Assembly (NCBI RefSeq): GCF_900079115.1
Contig: NZ_LT549890.1
Span: 1,890,001-1,922,000 of the forward strand
Length of the DNA stretch: 32,000 nucleotides
Reading direction: 5' to 3'
Source of the DNA: Saccharolobus solfataricus
Lineage (GTDB): Archaea > Thermoproteota > Thermoprotei_A > Sulfolobales > Sulfolobaceae
Every line of letters begins with the position of its first letter. Positions within the stretch are counted from its first letter, which is position 1. The position numbers and the translations under genes are program-made. This document shows, in pieces, positions 1-11,602 of the stretch. The notes under the pieces were generated by a model. It was not told the DNA's origin, did no database searches, and was given only the letters and a program-made list of their open reading frames with translations.

Positions 1-390
1 GATTTGATAGCAGTTCCATCTACTGTGGGGGAAAAGGTTAAAGGCGAAGAGGAGTTAGAGAGGCAAAAGGCTCGAAGGGTTGACTCTGCAATTAAAGCCC
101 TTTACTCTTTGCTAGCGGGTAATTTCGGAGGGAAGAGGTCTAGGTTCTTACCATCCATGAAGTTGATGTCTTTAGTAGTGGTGAAGACTGATTTCCCATT
201 CATACCGGAACCTGGGCATGACGATAGTTACATTAAGACCACTGTTATGAGGTTAGAGAAGGCTAAAAGTGTGTTGAACGGAAATGTAGCTAAGGTCTAT
301 GTGATTAACAATGAGGGTATAGAAGTGGGTGAAGGAGCTACAGTACTGTCAAGTGTTGAGGATTTGGTAGCTAAATTAAAGGAAAAGTAG
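1..390 (+). CDS. cas7: Cas7 (Csa2), type I-A Cascade backbone subunit; C-terminal part only, 5' end outside window
   Basis: The frame is open from base 1. The translation DLIAVPSTVGEKVKGEEELERQKARR...GGKRSRFLPSMKLMSLVV...VINNEGIEVGEG closely matches the C-terminus of Sulfolobus Csa2 as I recall it. It is followed by cas5-cas3-cas3''-cas8a-cas6 in canonical I-A order. Confidence 0.9.
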   Translation, partial: DLIAVPSTVGEKVKGEEELERQKARRVDSAIKALYSLLAGNFGGKRSRFLPSMKLMSLVVVKTDFPFIPEPGHDDSYIKTTVMRLEKAKSVLNGNVAKVYVINNEGIEVGEGATVLSSVEDLVAKLKEK

Positions 391-405
391 TGAGGCAGGG
401 GAGAT

Positions 406-1111
<706 letters not shown>

Positions 1112-1128
<17 letters not shown>

Positions 1129-2613
1129 TTTCTATAACGATTTCATAACTCGTCATGGCTTTGAGGAAAGGAAGGGTATTGAAGAGACTTTACTAAATTT
1201 GGAAAACGGGCATAGCGTTATACTTAAGGCTCCCACTGGTTACGGTAAAACAACGTTAACTATGATTTTAGCTAATGCCGTTAGTAGTGATATTGACCTA
1301 GGTAGTAGGGTTATTCACGTATTGCCGTATAGGGCTATTGTGCAAGATTTGTATCTAAAGCTGAAAAATTACGCTGATAGAGGGGTAATTTACACTAAGA
1401 ATATTGGTGCCCAAGACATGGATTATCAAGATTCCCCTTTTTTCATGAAGAAAGTTAACGTTACGACTCTAGATACCTTCATTCTCAATTTGTTTAAATT
1501 ACCTACTGTTGATTTTAAGTTAATTTTTAAAAATTACGGTTCTCATTATGAGTTCCCTAGGGCGTTAATATATAGTAGTATTGTAATATTTGATGAATTT
1601 CACTTATTGGGAGAGGATGGTAAGAGTTTAGGAGCTGGACTTGCCGCTTTAGAAGTTTTGAGGGATGCGGGTGTTCCGATAGTAGTTACTTCAGCTACAA
1701 TAGATAAGGGGTTGGAGAGGGTTTTGATGAACAAGCTGGGTAAGAATGTAAAGGTAGTTAACGCGGATGATTTTAAAATTGATAGAAAGATATACGTTAA
1801 CGTATTGGAGAATGATGAGATTTCCATTACTGAGGAAAAGGTAAAAGAGGGTAAGAGGGTTCTTTTGGTTTACAATACGAGAATGGGGGCAATTGAAGCC
1901 TATAAGAAGTTAAAGGGAAGGGGGTTATCTCCTATTCTAATTCACAGTAAGTTCAGTAAAAAGGATAGGATAGATAAAGTGAACAAGATAAACGAGGCAA
2001 AGCTGGTAGTTTCAACTCAAGTTATAGAGGCCGGTATTGATACTTCTTTTGACGTTTTAATAACTGAAGCTTCTCCCTCTCATAATCTAATTCAAAGGGC
2101 TGGTAGGGTTGCGAGGTATGGGAAGGGAGGAAGAGGGAAATTAGAGGGCGAGGTTTACATTTTCCCGTTTAGTGGAAAGGTTTATGATGAGAGGGAGGTT
2201 AAGGAGACTGTGGAAAGGGTAAGGGAACTAAAGACTATTGATGAGAACTTACTCATTGAAAGGGATTACACAGAGGTGATTGATTCGATTCTGGCTAAGG
2301 ATCTATCTGTAATAGATAACTCCGTTTTCGTGGACTCTAAAAAGGTGAAGTCGATATACGAGAAGATTTGTTCTATTACTAGGAATGCAAGTATCATATT
2401 GGGATTTCCGCCAAACAGTAATGACGTTAATGATGCTATACCCTTAACTGAGGAGGAGGCAATTAAAATAATAGAGAGTAAGGGAAGTTCTGCGTTTGTT
2501 GGGAATGGTAATGTTAAATTATATAACAAGAAATGCCTTCAATTGGAAATGTTGAAGAATGATATTTTAGGAGTTAGGATTCAAGATTATAATAGTGAAA
2601 TAGGTGGTGTGTA

Positions 2614-2617
<4 letters not shown>
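1112..2617 (+). CDS. cas3: Cas3' SF2 helicase
   Basis: Helicase motifs are present: APTGYGKT (I), FDEFH (II, DExH), SAT (III) and QRAGRVARYG (VI). I prefer ATG 1112, which is preceded by GGTGGA and overlaps the cas5 stop. The open frame extends up to 1070, so the start is uncertain. Confidence 0.88.
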
Positions 2618-4350
<1,733 letters not shown>

Positions 4351-4351
<1 letters not shown>

Positions 4352-5220
4352 TGCCATTAATTTTTAAGATAGGGTATAACGTTATCCCTCTACAAGACGT
4401 TATTTTGCCTACTCCATCATCTAAGGTGTTAAAATACTTAATACAGAGTGGAAAATTAATCCCTTCGTTAAAGGACTTAATTACATCAAGGGATAAATAC
4501 AAACCAATTTTTATATCCCATCTCGGTTTCAACCAGAGGAGGATTTTCCAGACTAATGGAAACTTGAAGACTATAACCAAGGGAAGCAGGCTTTCCTCAA
4601 TAATAGCCTTTTCTACACAAGCTAACGTTTTGTCTGAAGTTGCAGATGAGGGTATCTTCGAAACTGTTTATGGCAAATTTCACATAATGATTGAGAGTAT
4701 AGAAATAGTGGAAGTTGAGAAGCTAAAGGAAGAGGTTGAAAAGCACATGAACGATAATATAAGAGTGAGGTTTGTTTCCCCTACATTGCTTTCGTCTAAG
4801 GTTTTACTTCCTCCTTCCCTTTCTGAAAGGTATAAGAAAATCCATGCGGGTTACTCAACTTTGCCATCAGTTGGCTTAATTGTTGCTTACGCTTATAATG
4901 TATATTGCAATTTGATTGGGAAGAAGGAAGTTGAGGTCAGAGCGTTTAAATTTGGCATTCTTTCTAATGCCTTATCTAGAATTATAGGTTATGATTTACA
5001 TCCAGTTACCGTTGCCATTGGTGAGGATAGTAAGGGAAATTTAAGAAAAGCGAGGGGTGTTATGGGTTGGATTGAGTTCGACATTCCAGATGAGAGGTTG
5101 AAGAGGAGAGCTTTGAATTATTTGTTAACATCTTCTTACTTGGGTATAGGAAGAAGTAGGGGTATTGGGTTTGGTGAGATAAGATTGGAGTTTAGGAAAA
5201 TAGAGGAAAAAGAGGGTTAA
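4351..5220 (+). CDS. cas6: Cas6 crRNA endoribonuclease
   Basis: 289 aa. The GTG start overlaps the cas8a2 stop by one base (the G of TAG, position 4351). The C-terminal glycine-rich Cas6 loop GIGRSRGIGFG is present. Confidence 0.85.
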
Positions 5221-5431
5221 ATATACTTCCTCAGACTTTAAAGGTTAAGGTCAGCATTGCTTTGTGGACTAATTCAATTTTCTAAGATGTTAAGCTCATC
5301 AATCTTTCTTAAATTCAAAATCAAGCGTTGATTTAAAAGTAAGCTTAACGTTAGCTTTGATAAAAATTGAAGAAATCCATAAAGTAGGTCAGCATAAGTC
5401 TACTCATAAGTTATTAGTTCACACGTTATCA

Positions 5432-5758
5432 TTACCCAATTTTACCTTGCCCTTTAATGGTAATTAGAAAACCGTGTATATCATTACATACGTTTTCAAT
5501 CGCTTCATTCTCTGATGTTGCAGCCTTTGTATCATCTAATGTTGATTCTAGTTTATATCCTCTGAGTCCAATTCCAGCTTTACATAATTCATTAGCATGT
5601 TTACCACCTAATGTTATATAGACTTCAGCAAGATAGACTGAATGCCAATGCTTTAGTGAGTTACCAGTTAATACGGGTATGTCATAAACTCTAATTTCAA
5701 CTACTATTCTAGCAGTTGTGTTAGTATTTCCAAAAAGTTTATAGACTAGTATTTCCAA
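5432..5758 (-). pseudogene. Cas7-family (Csa2/DevR-like) N-terminal fragment, 108 codons, truncated at both ends
   Basis: Contains FGNTNTTAR...IPVLTGNSLKHWH...ENVCNDIHGFL. These are the conserved Cas7 N-terminal blocks (GN..., ISG.SLKH, C..D.HGF). About 15-20 N-terminal residues and roughly two-thirds of the C-terminus are missing. The 5' end abuts the IS630 element, and downstream DNA has stops in all frames. Confidence 0.55.
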
Positions 5759-6760
5759 ATTGAATTATACAAGATTTGGTTCAAGCTTATGAGGAAGAGA
5801 AGGACGCTAGGATTAAGGAGAGAATTCTCTCAGTAAAGTTGCACTTAGTTGACGGTAAATCGGAGAAGAAAGTTTCGAAAATGCTGAACAAGGGTTATTC
5901 CACAATAAAATTGTGGGTTGGCAAGTACAAGAAAGAAGGTCTTAATGGACTAAGAGACAAGCCCAGATCGGGAAGACCGAGAAAAGCTGAAAAAGGAAAA
6001 ATAAAACAAATTCTAGAAGACCAGCCGCAAAAATATGGAATACAAGAAGAGTACTGGACAATGAGAACATTCAAGATAGCATTACAAGAACAAGGAATAG
6101 AATACAAGAAATCCAGGCTATACGAGCTAGTTCACGAACTAGGATATAACTTGGTAAAACCTAGGCCTACTAACGTTCAAGCAAAAAAGGACATGTGGGA
6201 CGACTTTAAAATTGGAAGGAGAGGCTCTCTTCTTTCTAGACGAGAGTAGGATAGTCATTAGTACGGCAATTAGGAAGGTTTTGGCTAAGATTTATAGTAA
6301 GCCAGTAATGCACGTTAATATGGGTTTTTCTTCACTTCACGTTTTTCTCGCTATAAACGCGTGGACTGGTGAAGTGGTTGTTGGTATTCTTAGGAGGACT
6401 AATTCTGAGTCTTTGAAGTACTTCTTGAGGTACTTTAAGATGGTAATGGGAGGGTCTACATGGTTATGGATAATTATTCTCCTCACAAGACTAGGCTTGA
6501 GGTTTGTCGCAGGAAGGGCATTCATCCCATATTTACTCCTCCCTATTCGCTTTAGCTTAATATGGCAGAGGCGGTCTTCAAGCCCTTCAAGATATACATA
6601 AGTAATAAAGTATTTCACTCGATAGATGAGGTTGTAAATTGTATTAAACAGTTCTTTGAGGAAAATAAGTATAAGTTTAATCTTAAGGCAATAAAATACT
6701 TAGGATTAGATAAAATTGAGGTCTAAAGACTTTCCGGCGTTCTATATAGGAAATACTAGT
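5745..6760 (+). mobile_element. Defective IS630/Tc1-mariner family insertion sequence (ISC1048/ISC1078-like); boundaries approximate
   Basis: A perfect 12-bp inverted repeat brackets the transposase frames: ACTAGTATTTCC at 5745-5756 and GGAAATACTAGT at 6749-6760. The true ends may lie some bases further out. Confidence 0.7.
5776..6726 (+). pseudogene. IS630-family DDE transposase, disrupted by two frameshifts and an in-frame stop
   Basis: The N-terminal HTH part (SGRPRK...) ends at 6249. The catalytic FFLDESRI continues in the +1 frame from about 6212. MVMDNYSPHK...LNMAEAVF returns to the original frame from about 6454. A TAG at 6553-6555 lies inside the PPYS-LN motif. The D-to-E spacing is about 33-34 residues. 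Confidence 0.8.
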
Positions 6761-6804
6761 GATGTAAGTTCCCCGAAAAACATTAATACTAATATCGTGA
6801 GTAT

Positions 6805-6818
6805 GAAGTGTGAAGTGT
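6805..6818 (+). repeat. 7-bp tandem duplication GAAGTGT x2 across the hyuA initiation region
   Basis: The sequence reads atGAAGTGTGAAGTGTaagg. Removing one unit gives ATG AAG TGT AAG GTT, the same MKCKV N-terminus now read from GTG 6810. Confidence 0.8.
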
Positions 6819-8744
6819 AAGGTTGCAATCGATATTGGAGGAACTTTTACTGATTTCATAATACTCTCCGAGGTAGGTGAAGTTAGTACGATAAAATTTT
6901 TAACTAATCCCAGAAATCCTGGTGAGGTAATACAAAATGTAATAAAAGGCTTAAACTGCGAGGTAGAGGAGGTAGTGCATGCCACGACATTAGCTACAAA
7001 CGCTTTATTAGGGCAGGAGAATCTTAACATTCCCAGAACTGCTCTTCTTACTACTAAAGGTTTTAGAGATGTAATAGAAATAGGGAGACAAAATAGGCCT
7101 AGATTGTATGATCTGTATTTCGAAAAACCTAAACAAATAGTCCCCAGAGAGTTAAGAATAGAGGTAGATGAGAGAGTTAATGCAGATGGTGAAATTTTAA
7201 AAGAGGTAGATGAGATAGAGGTAGAGGAAAAGGTAAGCAAGATAAAAGCCGAAGCCGTAGCAGTGAGTTATTTACACTCTTATATTAATCCACATAATGA
7301 ATTAAAGACTAAGGAGGTCTTAAAGAAATATTTTAAGTATATCTCAATATCCTCAGAAGTAGCTCCAGAACCACGAGAGTACGAAAGAACTTCTACCACG
7401 GTAATTAATGCAGCTTTAATGCCAATAGTCTCCTCTTATCTTGAAAATATCCAGTCTTCTTTACCGACTGATAATTTTTATATAATGTCAAGCTCTGGAG
7501 GGCTAGTAGATATTAATGAGGCTTTAAATAAGTCCGTCCAATTAATAGAATCTGGTCCTGCAGCTGGAGTGATAGCGTCAGCCAGTTTCCTTCCCGAGGA
7601 GAACTTAATAAGTTTTGATATGGGAGGGACTACAGCAAAAGCGGGAGTCGTAATAAACGGCAAATTCGAGATAACTTCTGAGTATGAAGTAGGAGGAGAG
7701 GTTCATCACGGTAGAGTGGTTAAGGGTAGCGGGTACCCGATAAGGTTTCCCTTTGTGGACTTAGCAGAAGTTTCAGCTGGAGGAGGTACGATTATATGGA
7801 GAGATGAGGCTAACGCTTTAAGGGTGGGACCGATAAGTGCTGGTGCAGATCCCGGACCGATATGTTATAACAAAGGGGGAAATAAACCAACGATAACTGA
7901 TGCTAATTTAGTCTTAGGTAGACTTGGAGAGGAATTATTAGGAGGAAACATGAAACTTTATAAAGAGAAGGCCTTAGAGGGCTTATCTAGACTAGGTGAT
8001 CCATATGAGGTAAGTAAAGTCGCGTTAGATTTAGTCAATTTAGAAATGGCTAGGGCTATAAGGTTAGTTACTGTTGAGAGGGGCTTAGATCCGTCAAATT
8101 TCTCTCTTATAGCTTTTGGAGGGGCTGGTCCTCAACATGCGTTATATTTAGCCGATGAGATAGGTATAAAAAGGGTAATAATTCCACCTTATCCTGGACT
8201 GTTTAGTGCATTAGGACTTTTACTTGCTGACTGGCGTTTTGAGGCTAGGAAATCTTACCCTAAAGACTTAGAGAGGGACTTCAAGGAGTTAGAAAATAAA
8301 TTAATTGAAAGGCTCAAAAAGGTTGATTACTTCATTAGATATGCCGATGTTAGATATAAGGGGCAGGGATGGGAACTGACAATTCAGGTTCCAGAAAACG
8401 TTAATGAAATTAGAAAGGTGTTCGAGGATAAACATTTAGCTACATATGGTTTCGTTATGAGTGATAGGGAAATAGAGATAGTTACTATAAGGGTGTTCGC
8501 AATTAGAAGGAGAGTTACGCCAAAAATATCACCTACATTTGGGAACGAAAACAAACCTAAGGAAATTAGAAAGGTTCTAATAGAAGATGATTGGGTTAAT
8601 ACAGAGGTCTACGTTAGGGAGAAGTTACCTAAGGGATTTGAAATAAGGGGTCCGGCAATTATTGAGGAGTATAGCTCTACTATCGTGGTCAAGCCAGGTT
8701 GGAAGGCTTTAGTAGATGATTCAATTATAATGGTGAGAGAATGA
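6810..8744 (+). CDS. hyuA: Hydantoinase/oxoprolinase family A subunit (N-methylhydantoinase A-like)
   Basis: 644 aa. The N-terminal [10 protein letters not shown] and internal [10 protein letters not shown] are ASKHA-type phosphate loops typical of HyuA/OplA. It is translationally coupled to hyuB. Confidence 0.9.
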   Translation: MKCKVAIDIGGTFTDFIILSEVGEVSTIKFLTNPRNPGEVIQNVIKGLNCEVEEVVHATTLATNALLGQENLNIPRTALLTTKGFRDVIEIGRQNRPRLYDLYFEKPKQIVPRELRIEVDERVNADGEILKEVDEIEVEEKVSKIKAEAVAVSYLHSYINPHNELKTKEVLKKYFKYISISSEVAPEPREYERTSTTVINAALMPIVSSYLENIQSSLPTDNFYIMSSSGGLVDINEALNKSVQLIESGPAAGVIASASFLPEENLISFDMGGTTAKAGVVINGKFEITSEYEVGGEVHHGRVVKGSGYPIRFPFVDLAEVSAGGGTIIWRDEANALRVGPISAGADPGPICYNKGGNKPTITDANLVLGRLGEELLGGNMKLYKEKALEGLSRLGDPYEVSKVALDLVNLEMARAIRLVTVERGLDPSNFSLIAFGGAGPQHALYLADEIGIKRVIIPPYPGLFSALGLLLADWRFEARKSYPKDLERDFKELENKLIERLKKVDYFIRYADVRYKGQGWELTIQVPENVNEIRKVFEDKHLATYGFVMSDREIEIVTIRVFAIRRRVTPKISPTFGNENKPKEIRKVLIEDDWVNTEVYVREKLPKGFEIRGPAIIEEYSSTIVVKPGWKALVDDSIIMVRE

Positions 8745-10273
8745 CGAGTTGGGAAATAATTCATAAGGCTTTTGAATTTATTGCAGAAGAAATGGGAGTT
8801 ATGTTAAAGAGATCGGCGATGTCACCTAATATTAGGGAGAGAATGGACCACAGTTGTGCCATTTTAGACGCTGAGGGAAATATCATAGCTCAGGCTGAGC
8901 ATATACCCGTTCATCTAGGTTCCTTCAGTGTAGGAGTTAAGAATACTCTGAAAATCGTTAATTTAGAAGAGGGCGATATGGTTATATTAAATGACCCTTA
9001 CATTTCTGGTACTCACTTAAATGACGTAATGCTGTTAGCCCCTATTTATTATAACGGTAAACTCATAGGATACGTTGTTAATAAAGCTCATCATGTAGAC
9101 GTAGGAGGACCTTCTCCAGGGAGTTTAAACCCTTATGCCACTACAATATATGAGGAGGGACTTGTAATACCTCCAGTAAAGATAATTAAGAAGGGTAAGC
9201 TAAACGAGGAGATAGTTGAGATTATTAGAGAGAACTTTAAGGTTCCAGAAGTATCCTTAGGTGATTTAAATGCTCAGATCTCAGCTAACTTAAACGGTGT
9301 ATTGAGAGTAAAGCAGCTAATAGATAAATACGGCTTAGATAGAGTTTTATCTTCCTGGGCAAAATCAATTGAATACGGAAGATCCTTAGCTCTTTCTGAA
9401 ATTTCTAAATGGAATGAGGGTTCATTTGAGGATGAGGATTACTTAGAATTGGATACTTTAAAGAGAATAAGGGTTAAAATAACTATTAGTGATAAGGGAA
9501 TAATTGCAGACTTTAATGGAACTGATAATCAAGTTGAAGCTCCATTTAACGCAGTATACGGTGTTACTTTTTCTGCAGTGAGTTTTGTGGTTAGGTCTTT
9601 AATAGGGAAGGACATTCCTACTAATGAGGGGTTTTATAGCGTAATTAAGGTAATAGCACCAGAGGGTACTATAGTTAATCCATTAAAGCCTGCAGCAGTC
9701 GGAGGAGGAAACGTTGAAACTTCACAGAGGATTGCAGATGTCACATTTAAAGCGTTTTCACACTCAATTCCAGTACCAGCTGCAAGCTCTGGTACCATGA
9801 TGAACGTAATGATGGGGGGCACTTATAAGGGAAAATATTGGGCTTACTATGAGACTATAGGGGGAGGTATGGGGGGAAGACCAAATAAGGATGGAGTGTC
9901 TGGGGTTCATGTAAATATGACGAATACGTTAAATACTCCCATAGAAATAGCTGAAAGGCATTATCCAATACTTTTCACTACATATAGAATAAGAGAAGGA
10001 AGCGGAGGAAAGGGTATGTATAGGGGAGGAGATGGAATAATAAGAGCATTTAAGGTTTTAGAGAAAACTAAGCTCTCAATAATGGCTGAAAGATTTAAGG
10101 TTCCACCTTGGGGATTAAAGGGAGGAGAGAACGGAAAGCCAGGGAGGGTTACAATTATCAGAAAGGGTAATGTTGTAGAGGAAATGCCCAGTAAGTTCTC
10201 CACTATTTTAAATCCGGGAGATGAGGTAATAATTGAAACCCCAGGGGGAGGAGGATATGGAAGCGAGAAATAG
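8741..10273 (+). CDS. hyuB: Hydantoinase/oxoprolinase family B subunit (N-methylhydantoinase B-like)
   Basis: 510 aa with a 4-nt ATGA overlap with hyuA and GGTGAG upstream. Hydantoinase_B-like blocks are present ([29 protein letters not shown]). Confidence 0.9.
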   Translation: MTSWEIIHKAFEFIAEEMGVMLKRSAMSPNIRERMDHSCAILDAEGNIIAQAEHIPVHLGSFSVGVKNTLKIVNLEEGDMVILNDPYISGTHLNDVMLLAPIYYNGKLIGYVVNKAHHVDVGGPSPGSLNPYATTIYEEGLVIPPVKIIKKGKLNEEIVEIIRENFKVPEVSLGDLNAQISANLNGVLRVKQLIDKYGLDRVLSSWAKSIEYGRSLALSEISKWNEGSFEDEDYLELDTLKRIRVKITISDKGIIADFNGTDNQVEAPFNAVYGVTFSAVSFVVRSLIGKDIPTNEGFYSVIKVIAPEGTIVNPLKPAAVGGGNVETSQRIADVTFKAFSHSIPVPAASSGTMMNVMMGGTYKGKYWAYYETIGGGMGGRPNKDGVSGVHVNMTNTLNTPIEIAERHYPILFTTYRIREGSGGKGMYRGGDGIIRAFKVLEKTKLSIMAERFKVPPWGLKGGENGKPGRVTIIRKGNVVEEMPSKFSTILNPGDEVIIETPGGGGYGSEK

Positions 10274-10286
10274 TGATCTATTACTC

Positions 10287-10292
10287 TTTTTT
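10287..10292 (+). terminator. Oligo-T tract downstream of hyuB
   Basis: A T6 run lies 14 nt after the stop. Archaeal RNA polymerase terminates at oligo-T. Confidence 0.35.
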
Positions 10293-10371
10293 CATTCAAT
10301 TTTAGCTAAACATTTTAAATTATAAGAGGCATGTAAGTAACAGTTTATGGCTATAAAATTAGAAAAGTTAA

Positions 10372-10592
10372 TTTTCTTTCATAATTTTACTATGCTTCGT
10401 AAACTGCCCACCCAGATACTCACCATCGTACCTAGCAAACTACTTCAAGGGGAAATCAGCCAGACAAGTCTTGAAGAAATTCCCAGAGTTAAGAAAATAC
10501 ACAAACCCCGTCTGGGTGAGGCTTGTCATTCTTTGTCAGAAAAAGTTAAAAGTGTGTTTTATAATGTTTATTGTAATGAGTATAAGTACTAG
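10372..10592 (+). pseudogene. Relic of an IS200/IS605-family Y1 transposase (TnpA), C-terminal half only, frameshifted
   Basis: The frame reads ILLCFVNCPPRYSPSYLANYFKGKSARQVLKKFPELRKY...VWVR. This matches the conserved TnpA C-terminal block (HLLVs.PPkySpS...lKGkSar.l.keFPeLrk..W). The N-terminal half with the HUH motif is absent, and the tail continues in another frame. Confidence 0.6.
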
Positions 10593-10953
10593 TGCAGAAA
10601 TATATTACGAGGAAGCGGAGGAGTTTTTATCTAAGGGTGATCTTGTTCAAGCTTGTGAGAAGTATTATAAGGCTGCTGAGGAGGCTATAAAGCTTCTTGT
10701 TATAGAAAATAACCTAAAAGAAATAATAAATGAGGCAGAAGAGCACGGGTGGGATTCTAAGACATTAAATGATGCGGTAACTGAACTGTCTTATAAGCTT
10801 GGAGATAATATAATAGACATGTGGGCATCAGCGGTAACACTTTTTACTGCAAGGAAATTTATGGATAAAGATTTAATAGAGAATTATAAGAAAGACATTA
10901 AGACGCTAATTGAGGAGGCCAAGCAAAGATTTAGCATTAAAGTTCTTAAATGA
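10576..10953 (+). CDS. PaREP1/PaREP8-family protein (paralog 1)
   Basis: MSISTSAEIYYEEAEEFLSKGDLVQACEKYYKAAEEAIKLL is the typical PaREP1 N-terminal helix pair. I prefer ATG 10576, because the longer frame from 10471 is IS200-relic sequence. Confidence 0.7.
   Translation: MSISTSAEIYYEEAEEFLSKGDLVQACEKYYKAAEEAIKLLVIENNLKEIINEAEEHGWDSKTLNDAVTELSYKLGDNIIDMWASAVTLFTARKFMDKDLIENYKKDIKTLIEEAKQRFSIKVLK
10618..10733 (+). repeat. 116-bp perfect direct repeat, copy 1 (inside PaREP1 paralog 1)
   Basis: Base-for-base identical to 10958-11073. The flanks diverge immediately on both sides. Confidence 0.95.
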
Positions 10954-11281
10954 GGCTGAGGAGTTTTTATCTAAGGGTGATCTTGTTCAAGCTTGTGAGA
11001 AGTATTATAAGGCTGCTGAGGAGGCTATAAAGCTTCTTGTTATAGAAAATAACCTAAAAGAAATAATAAATGATGTTGAGAGCAAGGGAAGATGGGAAAG
11101 CGAAAACTTGTTTAAAGCTTCCAAATTATTACGAAGTAATAATCTTGAAATACTAATTCTATGGAAAAGCGCATGGACTCTTCATGTGGAAGGATTCCAT
11201 GAGCTTAGTTTAAACGAGAAGGAAGTTAAAAAACTTAAGGAAGATGTTAAGAAACTAGTTATATTTGCCATTAATAGTTAA
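10910..11281 (+). CDS. PaREP1/PaREP8-family protein (paralog 2)
   Basis: 123 aa with a TTG start overlapping the end of paralog 1. It has the same N-terminal block plus WKSAWTLHVEGFHE, typical of the family. Confidence 0.7.
   Translation: MRRPSKDLALKFLNEAEEFLSKGDLVQACEKYYKAAEEAIKLLVIENNLKEIINDVESKGRWESENLFKASKLLRSNNLEILILWKSAWTLHVEGFHELSLNEKEVKKLKEDVKKLVIFAINS
10958..11073 (+). repeat. 116-bp perfect direct repeat, copy 2 (inside PaREP1 paralog 2)
   Basis: Identical to 10618-10733, at a 340-bp offset. Confidence 0.95.
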
Positions 11282-11303
11282 GGATTTTACTCCTAATTAT
11301 AGC

Positions 11304-11309
11304 TTTTTT
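11304..11309 (+). terminator. Oligo-T tract downstream of PaREP1 paralog 2
   Basis: A T6 run lies 23 nt after the stop. Confidence 0.3.
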
Positions 11310-11602
11310 CCTTAACCTTTCTTCTATACTTGATAATACTAAACATAAAATATTACTAGTAAGAATAAACTGCTTTTGAATTGTTCTTTAAGTGTTTACT
11401 CATAATTTATCTATATATTATATGAAATAATTATTTTTAGATATTTTATTAAAAATTTATCTCTTCCAAAGGGAGTGTGGATAACAATTTTGTTAATTCA
11501 GTATAAATTATATAAAGTATAATTTTATTTTCAATTCACCACAAGATTTATCAGTTATTAAAGTATGGTGCTGTAATTTTAACCTTATTCAAAATTTTTA
11601 TT

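Noticed and set aside
5288-5351. Inverted repeat ATGTTAAGCT / AGCTTAACGT (9 of 10 bp) that could form a hairpin downstream of cas6
   Set aside because: The loop is 44 nt and the stem is built around the self-palindromic AAGCTT. No adjoining T-tract is present, so the evidence for a structured element is weak.
6683-7240. 185-aa minus-strand ORF
   Set aside because: It lies antisense to the well-supported hyuA gene. The translation is Ser/Thr/Ile-rich and low-complexity, with no motif.
11282-11602. 320-bp very AT-rich spacer examined for origin-recognition-box-like dyads or long palindromes
   Set aside because: I found only a 4-bp dyad (TCCA-N9-TGGA at about 11465-11481) and short AT repeats. 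Nothing resembles the ORB consensus as I recall it, so this is most likely just a promoter region.
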